A stretch of 40,409 bases of DNA from Nitrospirae bacterium CG1_02_44_142 (lineage in GTDB: Bacteria > Nitrospirota > Thermodesulfovibrionia > Thermodesulfovibrionales > UBA1546), in contig MNVK01000096.1 in assembly GCA_001871685.1 (NCBI GenBank), positions 1 to 40,409 of the forward strand, read 5' to 3'. Below the pieces are notes generated by a model. That model searched no databases, was not told where the DNA came from, and was given only the letters and a program-made list of their open reading frames with translations. Numbering within the stretch: position 1 is the stretch's first letter; each line of letters begins with the position of its first letter. Positions 9,892 through 18,707 of the stretch are shown here, piece by piece. The translations under genes and the position numbers were made by a program.

Positions 9892-11259
9892 CTATTCTTC
9901 TATATGATATTCTTTTATCTTAGTTAAAAGCGTTTTATAACTTACCTGCAGGACTTCTGCCGCCCTGCTTTTATTTCCCTTTGTCTCTTTCAGCGCCTTT
10001 ATTATCCGCTGAGTCTCAGCAATCCTTAATGCCTCTCTCCGAGCTGCTCGGAGCGCTCCGTCCATCGGGAGATTCTTTATGTACGATTCAAAGGATAAAG
10101 GGCTCAGTGATATATCCTCGGGCATTATCACCTTCCCGTCGCATAATATTATGGCCCGTTCTATTGTATTTTCAAGCTCTCTGACATTCCCCTTCCACGG
10201 ATACTCAACCATCATTTCAAGGGCTTCGGCAGAGATAGTCTTTAAAGGCGTCTTGAGTTCGGCGCAGTATTTGTTAAGGAAAAACCCTGCAAGCATAGGA
10301 ATATCCTCAACCCTTTCTCTGAGCAGAGGAATCCTGACAGGGAATACGCTCAACCTGTAGTAAAGGTCTTCCCTGAATGTCTTTTCTGAAACAGCCTTTT
10401 CAATGTCCCGGTTACTTGCAGCGATAACCCTTACGTCTATCTTTATCGTTTTCAGGCCTCCGAGCCTTTCTATCTCCCCTTCCTGAAGCGCCCTTAGCAG
10501 CTTGGACTGAAGCGCAGTATCCATCTCGCCTATTTCATCAAGAAATATAGTGCCTTTATCAGCCAGTTCAAATTTGCCGAGTTTCTTATAATCAGCGCCT
10601 GTAAAAGCTCCCTTTTCATGCCCGAAAAGCTCTGACTCCAATAGTTCCCCCGGTATGGCAGCGCAGTTTATAGGGACAAACGGATATTCCTTTCTCGGGC
10701 TGAGGTAATGAATGGCCCTTGCGAACAATTCCTTGCCTGTGCCGCTTTCACCGAGAATCAGCACAGTTGTCTTGCTCGGCGCAACCTTCTGTATCTGCTG
10801 GGCCACTTCTGATATTTTTTCGCTTTTGCCTATTATCATCGGCAGTCCGAGCTGTGATGAAAACTCCTCTTTCATAAGCATATTCTCTGTCATCAGCCTT
10901 TGAGTCTCAAGCGCCCTCTTCATAAGCACCAGAAGATGGTCGGTATCAAAAGGCTTTGTAATAAAATCAAATGCGCCTTCTTTAATTGCAAGCACGGCAG
11001 TCTCAACAGAACCAAAGGCAGTCATTACAATTACCGGCATTAAAGGATTCTCTTCCTTCGCGGCCATTAATACATCTATGCCGTTTTTTCTGGGAAGTTT
11101 CAAATCAGTAAGGACCAGGTCAATCCTGTTTTCTTTTATTTTTTTTATACCTTCCGGCCCGTCTTTTGCCGTAATAGTCCTGTAGCCCTCAGTCCTGAGG
11201 GTCTCCTTAAGCATATCTGACATTGATTCTCTGTCTTCAACTATAAGAATGGTATCCAT
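9892..11259 (-). CDS. NtrC/AtoC family sigma54-dependent response regulator
   Basis: REC domain, GESGTGKE, GAFTGA, FLDEIGE, WKGNVRELEN and a Fis-type HTH. Confidence 0.93.
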   Translation of the reverse strand: MDTILIVEDRESMSDMLKETLRTEGYRTITAKDGPEGIKKIKENRIDLVLTDLKLPRKNGIDVLMAAKEENPLMPVIVMTAFGSVETAVLAIKEGAFDFITKPFDTDHLLVLMKRALETQRLMTENMLMKEEFSSQLGLPMIIGKSEKISEVAQQIQKVAPSKTTVLILGESGTGKELFARAIHYLSPRKEYPFVPINCAAIPGELLESELFGHEKGAFTGADYKKLGKFELADKGTIFLDEIGEMDTALQSKLLRALQEGEIERLGGLKTIKIDVRVIAASNRDIEKAVSEKTFREDLYYRLSVFPVRIPLLRERVEDIPMLAGFFLNKYCAELKTPLKTISAEALEMMVEYPWKGNVRELENTIERAIILCDGKVIMPEDISLSPLSFESYIKNLPMDGALRAARREALRIAETQRIIKALKETKGNKSRAAEVLQVSYKTLLTKIKEYHIEE

Positions 11260-11293
11260 GTGAAAAGTTATTGCTCCTAACAGTTCTCTACGC

Positions 11294-11367
11294 TGTCATT
11301 GCGAGCCCCGAGCGGCTCGGGACGAAGCAATCTCACGACGAGATTCCTCGCTTCGCTCGGAATGACA
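11294..11367. repeat. 74-nt TGTCATT...AATGACA palindromic (REP/RPE-like) element
   Basis: Terminal inverted repeats TGTCATTGCGAG / CTCGGAATGACA, inner AATCTC / GAGATT, nested CCCGAGC / GCTCGGG hairpin. Confidence 0.75.
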
Positions 11368-11383
11368 AATTAGTAATATGTTA

Positions 11384-12163
11384 TCACATCTTTGCATTCG
11401 CAAGGGCGTCCTTGCATCCGCAGTTTCTTGTATGAGGGATGCCGGCAAAGGTCTTTTCTAAAAGAGCCTTCACCACTTCTGAGGATTCTGCCATGGTCCT
11501 TACAACCTCGGTTGTGGTAAGCCTGCTGCCTGAGATACCGGCAGCATAATTTGTGACAACACCTATTCCTGCAAAACATATCGCAAGCTCTCTTGCCAGA
11601 GACGCCTCCGGCATGCCTGTCATTCCAACCACATCAGCGCCCAGCAAAGAAAACGCCTTTATTTCCGCAGCAGTCTCGAGCCTCGGGCCGTTTACGCATA
11701 CATAGGTTGCATCCTCTTTAAGCGCAACTCCCGCCTTTTTACCTGCCGTGAGTAATGCTGTCCGCAGCTCAGGGCAATACGGCTCGGTAAAGTCCACATG
11801 CACGATTTCTTCTTCATCATAAAATGTTGACGCCCGGCCCTCTGTCATATCAATAATCTGATTAAGAATGACGATTGAACCCGGTTTAAGCTTAGGATTT
11901 ATTCCCCCAACCGCATTCACGGAGATAATCCTTTCTGCTCCGAGTTCTCTGAAACCCCGGATATTCGCCCTGTAGTTAACCTTATGCGGAGCAATATGGT
12001 GAGGAGAACCGTGCCTTGGAAGAAATGCAACCTCTACTCCTGCTATCTCGCCAATCCTGTAAGAATCGGAAGGAGCGCCAAAAGGAGTTGAGATTCTTTT
12101 CTCCTCCTTGATGACTACTCCATCAATCTCATAAACCCCGCTTCCACCTATAACGCCAAGCAT
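11384..12163 (-). CDS. mtnP: S-methyl-5'-thioadenosine/thioinosine phosphorylase
   Basis: GVIGGSG, TPFG.PS, FLPRHG, GPRLETAAE, GMTGMPEA.LARE. Confidence 0.9.
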   Translation of the reverse strand: MLGVIGGSGVYEIDGVVIKEEKRISTPFGAPSDSYRIGEIAGVEVAFLPRHGSPHHIAPHKVNYRANIRGFRELGAERIISVNAVGGINPKLKPGSIVILNQIIDMTEGRASTFYDEEEIVHVDFTEPYCPELRTALLTAGKKAGVALKEDATYVCVNGPRLETAAEIKAFSLLGADVVGMTGMPEASLARELAICFAGIGVVTNYAAGISGSRLTTTEVVRTMAESSEVVKALLEKTFAGIPHTRNCGCKDALANAKM

Positions 12164-12258
12164 ATCTTCTCCTGAGACAGCTTTGAAATGCTAATGAAAT
12201 TTTAACATATAAGGACAATATCTATCGATAAGTAAACGGCATATAGGATTCGAGAGAA

Positions 12259-12357
12259 TTAAGGCTTTTTGATTATGTCGTGGGTACCGACTTTGCGAAG
12301 GGCATAAAAATCATCTTCTACCTCAAAGGGAAATGAAGCCTGATTTCGTTCCGACAG
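12259..12357 (-). pseudogene. C-terminal relic of a RelE/YafQ-like toxin
   Basis: Reads ...FPFEVEDDFYALRKVGTHDIIKKP* (R.VGTHD terminus typical of RelE-fold toxins); no start codon. Confidence 0.5.
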
Positions 12358-12567
12358 TTATGCAAACTGGAGTTTCTTCTCCATTGGTTTAAGAACATTT
12401 TTAAACATATACGAGGCTTTAAACAGTTCAACGCCTATGAGTTTGCCTTTGCTGTCAAGTTCCATATTCACGCCCGGAGATATTTCTACAACTTCGGCTT
12501 CCTCACCTTCCTTTGTAAGGTAAAGAATATCCTCTTCTTCATCATAAAAGACCTTAAAATCTTCCAT
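12358..12567 (-). CDS. DUF2283 family protein
   Basis: FYDEEEDILYL...ELDSKGKLIGVEL..AS. Confidence 0.8.
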   Translation of the reverse strand: MEDFKVFYDEEEDILYLTKEGEEAEVVEISPGVNMELDSKGKLIGVELFKASYMFKNVLKPMEKKLQFA

Positions 12568-12595
12568 TATATTTTCCCGAAGGGCTGCCGGTATT

Positions 12596-12808
12596 CTAAG
12601 CAACTACTAATTCGACAGGCAAAGGCCTGTCAATACCGACAGTTTTGCTTACATATAGCTTTTCAATCCCTATAGTCTTCCCATTTTTATCTTTTTTAAG
12701 GATAATGCCTTCTCCCGCCTCTTCACATACGACTTCATCCTCGGGATTGCCGAACCAAATATCCATTGTATCTGACTCATTGTTGTAATAAACTTTTACT
12801 TTGTCCAT
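12596..12808 (-). CDS. DUF2283 family protein
   Basis: YYNNESDTMDIWFG...LKKDKNGKTIGIE. Confidence 0.8.
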   Translation of the reverse strand: MDKVKVYYNNESDTMDIWFGNPEDEVVCEEAGEGIILKKDKNGKTIGIEKLYVSKTVGIDRPLPVELVVA

Positions 12809-13107
12809 ACAATTTCTCCTTCCTTTACCTTATCAACAGGATATGCAGTTATTAAAAAACCTTCCTTTCCTGTATGCTTGACAACCACGCAATATAGTTT
12901 ATCAGACTGCTTATAATAAAGAAAGACTTCTTTATCCATTTTGCTTTGTCTTATTTCATCAGGCATCTGCAAAACAAATTTTACAATGTCTTCCTTGTTT
13001 TTCATTATTGGATGTTTTAATGTAGTAAGGTATTCCCAATACTGAACGGTGGTTCTGACTTCAATACTTAGAGGCGTCTTTACAGAGAAATATATTTCAG
13101 ATTTCAT
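12796..13107 (-). CDS. DUF4258-like / RelE-fold putative toxin
   Basis: W..L...KHP, PDEIRQS, CVVVK, GFLITAY; overlaps the downstream DUF2283 gene. Confidence 0.65.
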   Translation of the reverse strand: MKSEIYFSVKTPLSIEVRTTVQYWEYLTTLKHPIMKNKEDIVKFVLQMPDEIRQSKMDKEVFLYYKQSDKLYCVVVKHTGKEGFLITAYPVDKVKEGEIVWTK

Positions 13108-13195
13108 CTTTTCCCCTCCACAATCTCAATCTCCCTGCCCTCTGAATGAGGGATGATGTACAGGCTCTCCTTTTTTTGAAGAACACATGAAAGTA

Positions 13196-13615
13196 TTATT
13201 CTTCTAAATATTTTTGTGGCGTCAGTATCTTAAGGTCAAAAGGCAAATTCTTTATATCCAGAATATCTTTATCGCCGGTTATAAGAATCTTTGCTCTTGC
13301 TGTATGGCAACATTCAAGAAGCATATTATCGTCGGTATCTCTACAGAGTGATAATTTTACAGATGGATAGACAATTCTTGTGTTTGCAACAAAAGAGGCT
13401 ATTCCGGAAATTAACGCCTTTAACTGGATATGGCTTATCTTCCCCTCGGTTTCAAGTTCCAACGGGGTATCACGATACTCTTCAAGAAGGGCTGGGGATA
13501 CATATATGTCTGCCTCTTTAAATGCTTTTCTGACAGTTTTCTCAGGCACACCGCCAAAGGCAAAGGCAGAAACAAGCACGCCTGTATCAATAACTATCTT
13601 ACTTCTTTTTTCCGT
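13196..13615 (-). CDS. Putative PIN-family TA toxin (apparent ACG start)
   Basis: KIVIDTGVLVSAF...LCRDTDDNMLLEC...LITGDKDIL. The catalytic IDT lies upstream of the track's GTG at 13579; the frame is open from ACG 13615. Confidence 0.8.
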   Translation of the reverse strand, partial: TEKRSKIVIDTGVLVSAFAFGGVPEKTVRKAFKEADIYVSPALLEEYRDTPLELETEGKISHIQLKALISGIASFVANTRIVYPSVKLSLCRDTDDNMLLECCHTARAKILITGDKDILDIKNLPFDLKILTPQKYLEE

Positions 13616-13787
13616 AGATTCTTCTCCTCACAGTTTTAGCTGCTTTATCAATGTCTTTCATTGTCAATGTGGTCTTTTTAAATGCCTCGCCTGCAACTTT
13701 GAAGGCAGCGTTAAGCCTGTCCTGAGGAGAAAGCGCAGAGAGGATAAAATCTTCAGGATTTATTTTTTTTGCTGTAGCAGTGCCCAT
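13599..13787 (-). CDS. Small putative antitoxin
   Basis: 62 aa, overlaps the PIN toxin 5' end, GGGGTG SD. Confidence 0.65.
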   Translation of the reverse strand: MGTATAKKINPEDFILSALSPQDRLNAAFKVAGEAFKKTTLTMKDIDKAAKTVRRRIYGKKK

Positions 13788-13958
13788 TTAAACCACCCCC
13801 TCACTTTTATTTCTATATTCTATAATATCACAGTCTATGCTTTTTCTAATCTTCCAACCCAATCTCCGCCCTCTGCACTTCAGATAATCTGCCTGTTCCG
13901 CTTTTTGTGAGGTTTTGGTCAACGAGGCACACGGAGGGCTGTGGTATCATAAAATTAC

Positions 13959-14303
13959 TTACTGCAAGTCTAAAAATCTCTTCAATGCATTTTCCATAGA
14001 GAACAGATCATTAGAAGAAAGGCTGCCTAATTTTTTTAAGACCAGTTGTTGTTCAATAGTTGAAATGGCCGGTTTAATAGCCGATGGTTTTAACAGGCCG
14101 GCAACCTGCCAATCCATTATTAAACATTCTCCTATTCCAATAGTTTTATCTGTCCGACTTGTAATCGCCATAATGACAATATCAGAAGACACATTGTTGT
14201 AGAGATTGGAACTAACAATTACAGATGGACGTTTCTTAGTTGCGATTTGATTACTGAACGGAAATGGGACGAGAATAATATCCCCTCTTTTATAAGCTGT
14301 CAT
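13959..14303 (-). CDS. mazF: PemK/MazF family toxin
   Basis: KRGDIILVPFPFS...KKRPSVIVS...AITS; start ATG 14303. Confidence 0.88.
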   Translation of the reverse strand: MTAYKRGDIILVPFPFSNQIATKKRPSVIVSSNLYNNVSSDIVIMAITSRTDKTIGIGECLIMDWQVAGLLKPSAIKPAISTIEQQLVLKKLGSLSSNDLFSMENALKRFLDLQ

Positions 14304-14487
14304 AGACAGCATCCTCTTTGTTGTCCCAAATCTTCTGGAATGATGCGGTGGACAGTTCTTGAGAGGCACTTACAAGCAGAGTTTTTTCCTTTTTATTTTC
14401 TAAAAATTGTATAAAGTCAAGAACCTCTGCAAGAAGATTTTCAGGAAGCCTATCTATTTCATTTCTAATTATTTCTTTAACTGACAT
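14290..14487 (-). CDS. DUF2281-like antitoxin
   Basis: IDRLPENLLAEVLDFIQFL...WDNKEDAVYD; overlaps the toxin start. Confidence 0.8.
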   Translation of the reverse strand: MSVKEIIRNEIDRLPENLLAEVLDFIQFLENKKEKTLLVSASQELSTASFQKIWDNKEDAVYDSL

Positions 14488-14729
14488 TCATTCCCTCCTC
14501 TCTGTCGGATACTTGTTAATAGTATAACAGAAAAATCTTACTTCTTTTCCCCTCCACTCTATGAGTCATAGACAATCTCAATCTACTCCGCCTACTTCCC
14601 CGATAGTCAAAGCGTAGCGCAGACTTGTTCTCCTCGGCGAATCCGCCTGAGTGCGGAGCCGAGGCGAAAAGCCATATTTCCGTTCTCTAGTTATAATCCT
14701 TTCGGCTATCCATCTTCATAGCTGAGATA

Positions 14730-14810
14730 ATAGGGATGTGTCCCTGATTAATTACTATAGGGATGTGTCCCTGATTAATTATTAAATATGGGAAGTGTCC
14801 CTCTACTATC
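14730..14810. repeat. GGGA-N3-GTCCCT repeats (two exact 25-nt copies plus one variant)
   Basis: ATAGGGATGTGTCCCTGATTAATTA at 14730-14754 and 14757-14781; AAATATGGGAAGTGTCCCTCTACTATC at 14784-14810. Confidence 0.85.
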
Positions 14811-14854
14811 CCATTCTTAAAAGCCCCCTCACAATCCCATTTATCTCTTTTATC

Positions 14855-17800
14855 TCACGCAAACAACTCCCCCTGTAATTTCTGCAAAATTTTGTTCTGC
14901 AATTTCTGGCTGGTGATGGAGGAGATGTGGTCGGAGATTATTCTGTCTATTTTTTCTTTAAGGGCTTTGAGTTCTGGAAGGATTTTTGAGATGTATAATT
15001 CGTCTTTTGGTATCTTTATTTCCTCAAGCCCTGACTCAAGCCAAACCTTTAAAAACTCTGCTTCTGCTTCACTTGAGCAGTCTATGTGGTCTTTACCAGA
15101 AAAAATACGCCAGCCAAAGAGTTCGTTTTTGATTTCTACCCCCCTCTTTCCCCCCTTGCTAAGGGGGGATGTAAGGGGGGCCAGATGAAAGAGCTTAACG
15201 GTTTTAAGGTTTTTCTGATTAAGGATTTTTTCTCTGTAGAAATGTCCAAGAAGTTTATCTCCAAGCTTATCTTTAATTGTCTTTGTTAAAAGTTCAACAT
15301 CAACACCCTCCGTTGTCTTTCCTTTTTTATCAACGCTTCTTGCCTTTTCTATCCTTGATTTCACAAGGTCAACAACTGCACGATAGACCTCAAGCTGTTC
15401 GTCATCGGTTAAACCAAGAATATCGCCCATGATTATTTTGTCCAGTTCACGGCGGTCAGGCTTGACTTTATCGAGAGAAACTTCATCAGATGAATAAGCC
15501 TTTAAATCTTCAAATATGGATTTTATTTCAGGAGAGGGATATTTTATAGCTAGTTTTTTGAGTTTTAACCGCCCATCCTTAGAGAAATTTTTTATAACTG
15601 GAGTTTTTTCAAAATCTGTGCCTTTTATATCAATAGGCCCTGTCCCACCGCCATAGGTTCTGCTGTAAAATTCTTTAAATAACATGCTCACTGTAGAAAG
15701 TAAAAAACAAAGCAATGGCAGAACATCACGCTTTCTTTTTGGTTTTATCTCCATAAAACTGCAATCAGCCTGAAACATATACTTATTTGAAATCACTAAT
15801 TGTCTATCTGTGTGAACTCTTGGATAAAAGATCGGCCACGTTTCTCTATATTCAAGTTCATACCATCTATTACGAGATGAACATGTTGACCTGTTATGAA
15901 AACCCTTCCTCTCCCCTTGTTTGATATAAGAGAGAACCTTTTTGCTTTTTAGTTTCTCTTTGTCTTTGTTTATGAAAAGAACAATCTTTGATAAATCTTC
16001 AGGAGATACAACAACCTTTTTTGCTTCCCTCGGGCTTACAAGCACTCTATTCGGCGCCCATTCATCTTTGTCATTTTTATGCATCCAGAATTCTTTTTCA
16101 ATTCCTCTCTCTTTTATTTCTTCTTCTGTCAGATAGAAAAACTCATTTACACCTGTTGTAAATCCTCTCCTGATATCCGCTATCTTTTTTAATGGCGCAA
16201 GTTTATCCTTACCCTTTTCAAGAATCTTAAAAAATATCTCCGGAGCCCTCAGATACTTGCCCCATTTTGAGCCTGTATATTTTCTTTCTTCTGTGTCAAA
16301 ACCTTCTTCCCACAGCTCGCTCTGTTTTTTGGGATAAATTCTTAATTCATCGTTCTGGTAAAAGTCATTGTGATAGAGAATTGTTTTAATAAGGTTTCCA
16401 ATGGCGTCAAGCCTTTGTTTCTGTTTTTCCCACATGTCGTGGGCAGGCGGGATAAAATGTCTTAAGGGTTTTAAGAGATATGCAAATCTGACCAGATTTT
16501 CATCTCTTTCTTTCTGATATTTGCACTTCTCAAGGATTATTATGCAGGTATTGATGTCAGCATCTTCAAACCAGCGTTCAACTTTGGATTCAATGATTGC
16601 AATGATTTTATAGTTCTTGAGAAATAGTTCTTGAAGCCCTTTCCCGTAATCCACATCCATCCACGAATTTGAGACAATAAAGCCGAAACGGCCGCCATCT
16701 TTCAGAAACTTTGTCCCATGCACAAAGAAATAGGCATGAATGCCAGCCCTCTTTGAGATATCTGCAAGCTTCCGCCCGCCATAAATAAGAGCTTTCTCGA
16801 TAAGATTTTTCTTGTAACCGGCTTTTTCAGTAATTTCGGCTATTTCTTCCTGCCTTGTGTAAGGCGGATTGCCTACGATGCAGTCAAACCACCGCGGATG
16901 AGTTATCTCTTTTTGCTCCGTGCCTAATGTTTTAGCCTTTAGTTTTCTCCATCTTTCAGTCAGCTCAACACCACCATCAGGTTTCACCAATAGATTGAAA
17001 AAGTCTTCCCGTGCAATGTTCGGATAATTTTTAATAACACCCAAGTCATTGATTGCAAGGTTAATGGTTGCAAGGTGAGCAGGGAATTTTGCTATATCCA
17101 CACCCCACAGGCTTTCAAGAATTTCCTGATGTGCAAGCCTGTTATTCATAAGTTTCTTGTGCTGATATGCCCTGACGAGAAATGTGCCTGCACCGCATGA
17201 GGGATCTATAACCTTGTCGTCTTCATGTTTCAGGCAGAACTTTAAGATCAGGTCAACAACATCTGGGCTTGTGAAATATTGCCCCAAAATATGGCGCTCT
17301 TCCTGAGGGATCAGCTTTTCAAATATTCTTCCGATAATGTCAAAGCCGATTTTTGAAAAATCATATTCCTTTATGATAGCTACAAGTCCTTTAATCTCTT
17401 CAACAACTTCTCTGCTATCGGGGAATGCTATCTGGTCAATAAAATCAGTGCTGTAAATAGTTTCGTAGTCAATGTTATCCGTTATATAATTGAAATACGT
17501 TTGTTGCAAGATTTTCTGAAGCTGTCCCCCTGCAGTTAAATCATCAGGGATGAGCAGTGAGGCAAGGTTTGTATACTTTGTTTTTAGAGCCTGATAAAAA
17601 AGCAGCTTATTTATGAGCAAATACGCTGTCTGCCGTGCTACCTTGTCGAAATCTTCTTCCTGAGCTGCAAAGCTCCACTGTTGTTCAATAAACCAGATTT
17701 TGAGTTTCTTGGCAAAGTCAGAATCTTTATGAAAACTATCTCTTATAATATTTCTATAAAAACGAGATAAGCGCAGATTCTTCACATGAAGCTTTAATAT

Positions 17801-18364
17801 TAAAAGCTCGTCAATAGGTAAAAGATGTTCCGGTTTTTTGCCGGTATGGATATCAATGAGCTCAAACAGGAATTTCTCAAGACCCTTGATTATCGCACTC
17901 TTGAATCTTGGTTCTTCAATATTGTTCAAGTCCTCTATTGTAGAAAGGTCATATATCCCTGCAATCTGGATTGACTCATCGGACTGTTTGTTAACTTCTT
18001 CCGTTTTATACAAAATAAGCTTCTGGAAGTTTGAGCATCCAAAATATTTGGCTTTTCTTTGCACTGCCTTTTCCCATGCTGGCTTTTTGAGTTCCTTAAA
18101 ATCAAATGGGTCAAAATAAGGCGGCTTAAGCTCAATAACGCATAGGGCATCGGTACTTTGAGGTGATTTATAAATGATGATATCAGGCTGTTTTCTGTCT
18201 GCGCCTACGGTTTCCTGTTCTGAAAAACCGATTGGTAAGGATTGCTCTTTGATTATCTGATTTATCCATTCAACAGCTTTTTGATTGGCGGTGCGCTCGG
18301 TCTTATTGCTTGAAGTATCATAAGGCGAAGATAATTTTATAGGCTTTCCTCTAATCTTAGACAT
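14855..18364 (-). CDS. Type IIG-like restriction-modification fusion (nuclease + N6-adenine MTase + TRD)
   Basis: N-terminal PDIIIY...VIELK (PD-ExK), GQYFTS, motif I DPSCGAGTF, motif IV NPPY, RRGFTTG.NEFF; 1169 aa. Confidence 0.88.
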   Translation of the reverse strand: MSKIRGKPIKLSSPYDTSSNKTERTANQKAVEWINQIIKEQSLPIGFSEQETVGADRKQPDIIIYKSPQSTDALCVIELKPPYFDPFDFKELKKPAWEKAVQRKAKYFGCSNFQKLILYKTEEVNKQSDESIQIAGIYDLSTIEDLNNIEEPRFKSAIIKGLEKFLFELIDIHTGKKPEHLLPIDELLILKLHVKNLRLSRFYRNIIRDSFHKDSDFAKKLKIWFIEQQWSFAAQEEDFDKVARQTAYLLINKLLFYQALKTKYTNLASLLIPDDLTAGGQLQKILQQTYFNYITDNIDYETIYSTDFIDQIAFPDSREVVEEIKGLVAIIKEYDFSKIGFDIIGRIFEKLIPQEERHILGQYFTSPDVVDLILKFCLKHEDDKVIDPSCGAGTFLVRAYQHKKLMNNRLAHQEILESLWGVDIAKFPAHLATINLAINDLGVIKNYPNIAREDFFNLLVKPDGGVELTERWRKLKAKTLGTEQKEITHPRWFDCIVGNPPYTRQEEIAEITEKAGYKKNLIEKALIYGGRKLADISKRAGIHAYFFVHGTKFLKDGGRFGFIVSNSWMDVDYGKGLQELFLKNYKIIAIIESKVERWFEDADINTCIIILEKCKYQKERDENLVRFAYLLKPLRHFIPPAHDMWEKQKQRLDAIGNLIKTILYHNDFYQNDELRIYPKKQSELWEEGFDTEERKYTGSKWGKYLRAPEIFFKILEKGKDKLAPLKKIADIRRGFTTGVNEFFYLTEEEIKERGIEKEFWMHKNDKDEWAPNRVLVSPREAKKVVVSPEDLSKIVLFINKDKEKLKSKKVLSYIKQGERKGFHNRSTCSSRNRWYELEYRETWPIFYPRVHTDRQLVISNKYMFQADCSFMEIKPKRKRDVLPLLCFLLSTVSMLFKEFYSRTYGGGTGPIDIKGTDFEKTPVIKNFSKDGRLKLKKLAIKYPSPEIKSIFEDLKAYSSDEVSLDKVKPDRRELDKIIMGDILGLTDDEQLEVYRAVVDLVKSRIEKARSVDKKGKTTEGVDVELLTKTIKDKLGDKLLGHFYREKILNQKNLKTVKLFHLAPLTSPLSKGGKRGVEIKNELFGWRIFSGKDHIDCSSEAEAEFLKVWLESGLEEIKIPKDELYISKILPELKALKEKIDRIISDHISSITSQKLQNKILQKLQGELFA
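15139..15180. repeat. C/G-run palindromic element copy 4, in frame inside the RM gene
   Basis: CCCCCCTCTTTCCCCCCTTGCTAAGGGGGGATGTAAGGGGGG (42 nt); encodes APLTSPLSKGGKRGV. Confidence 0.9.
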
Positions 18365-18653
18365 CTTCTTTATCTTTCAATACCTGATTAACAATTCTTC
18401 TTGCAATCTCAAAGGCTGCTGCAATCCTGATAATCTTTACATCACCAAGCCCTTTGAATTGGAGAAATTTTTCAAGAGGCTGGTTTGCCATGCCTTTGAA
18501 TGAGCCGAACTTATTGAGAATCTCTTCTGCAACTTCCTCTGCCGATTTTCCTTTTGTGCCTGTGGAAACGAGAATTGACAACAGTTCGGCGTCTGTCAAA
18601 GATTCAGCGCCGAGTTCTCTAAGCTTTCCGCCGGGATGTTCCCAAGTTTTCAT
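18357..18653 (-). CDS. Stand-alone RadC (UPF0758) N-terminal HhH domain protein
   Basis: HP..KL...GAESLTDAELLSIL.STGTKGKSA...A..IL..FGS...KGLG..K...I.AAFEIARR; no JAB domain. Confidence 0.8.
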   Translation of the reverse strand: MKTWEHPGGKLRELGAESLTDAELLSILVSTGTKGKSAEEVAEEILNKFGSFKGMANQPLEKFLQFKGLGDVKIIRIAAAFEIARRIVNQVLKDKEDV

Positions 18654-18707
18654 AATTTATTCTCTCTCTAATTTTCCCCCTCAATATTAATCTTTATAGC
18701 AAAGAAA

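Noticed and set aside
14730..14810. Possible mini CRISPR array
   Set aside because: The repeats are only 2 nt apart with no unique spacers, and there are no cas genes.
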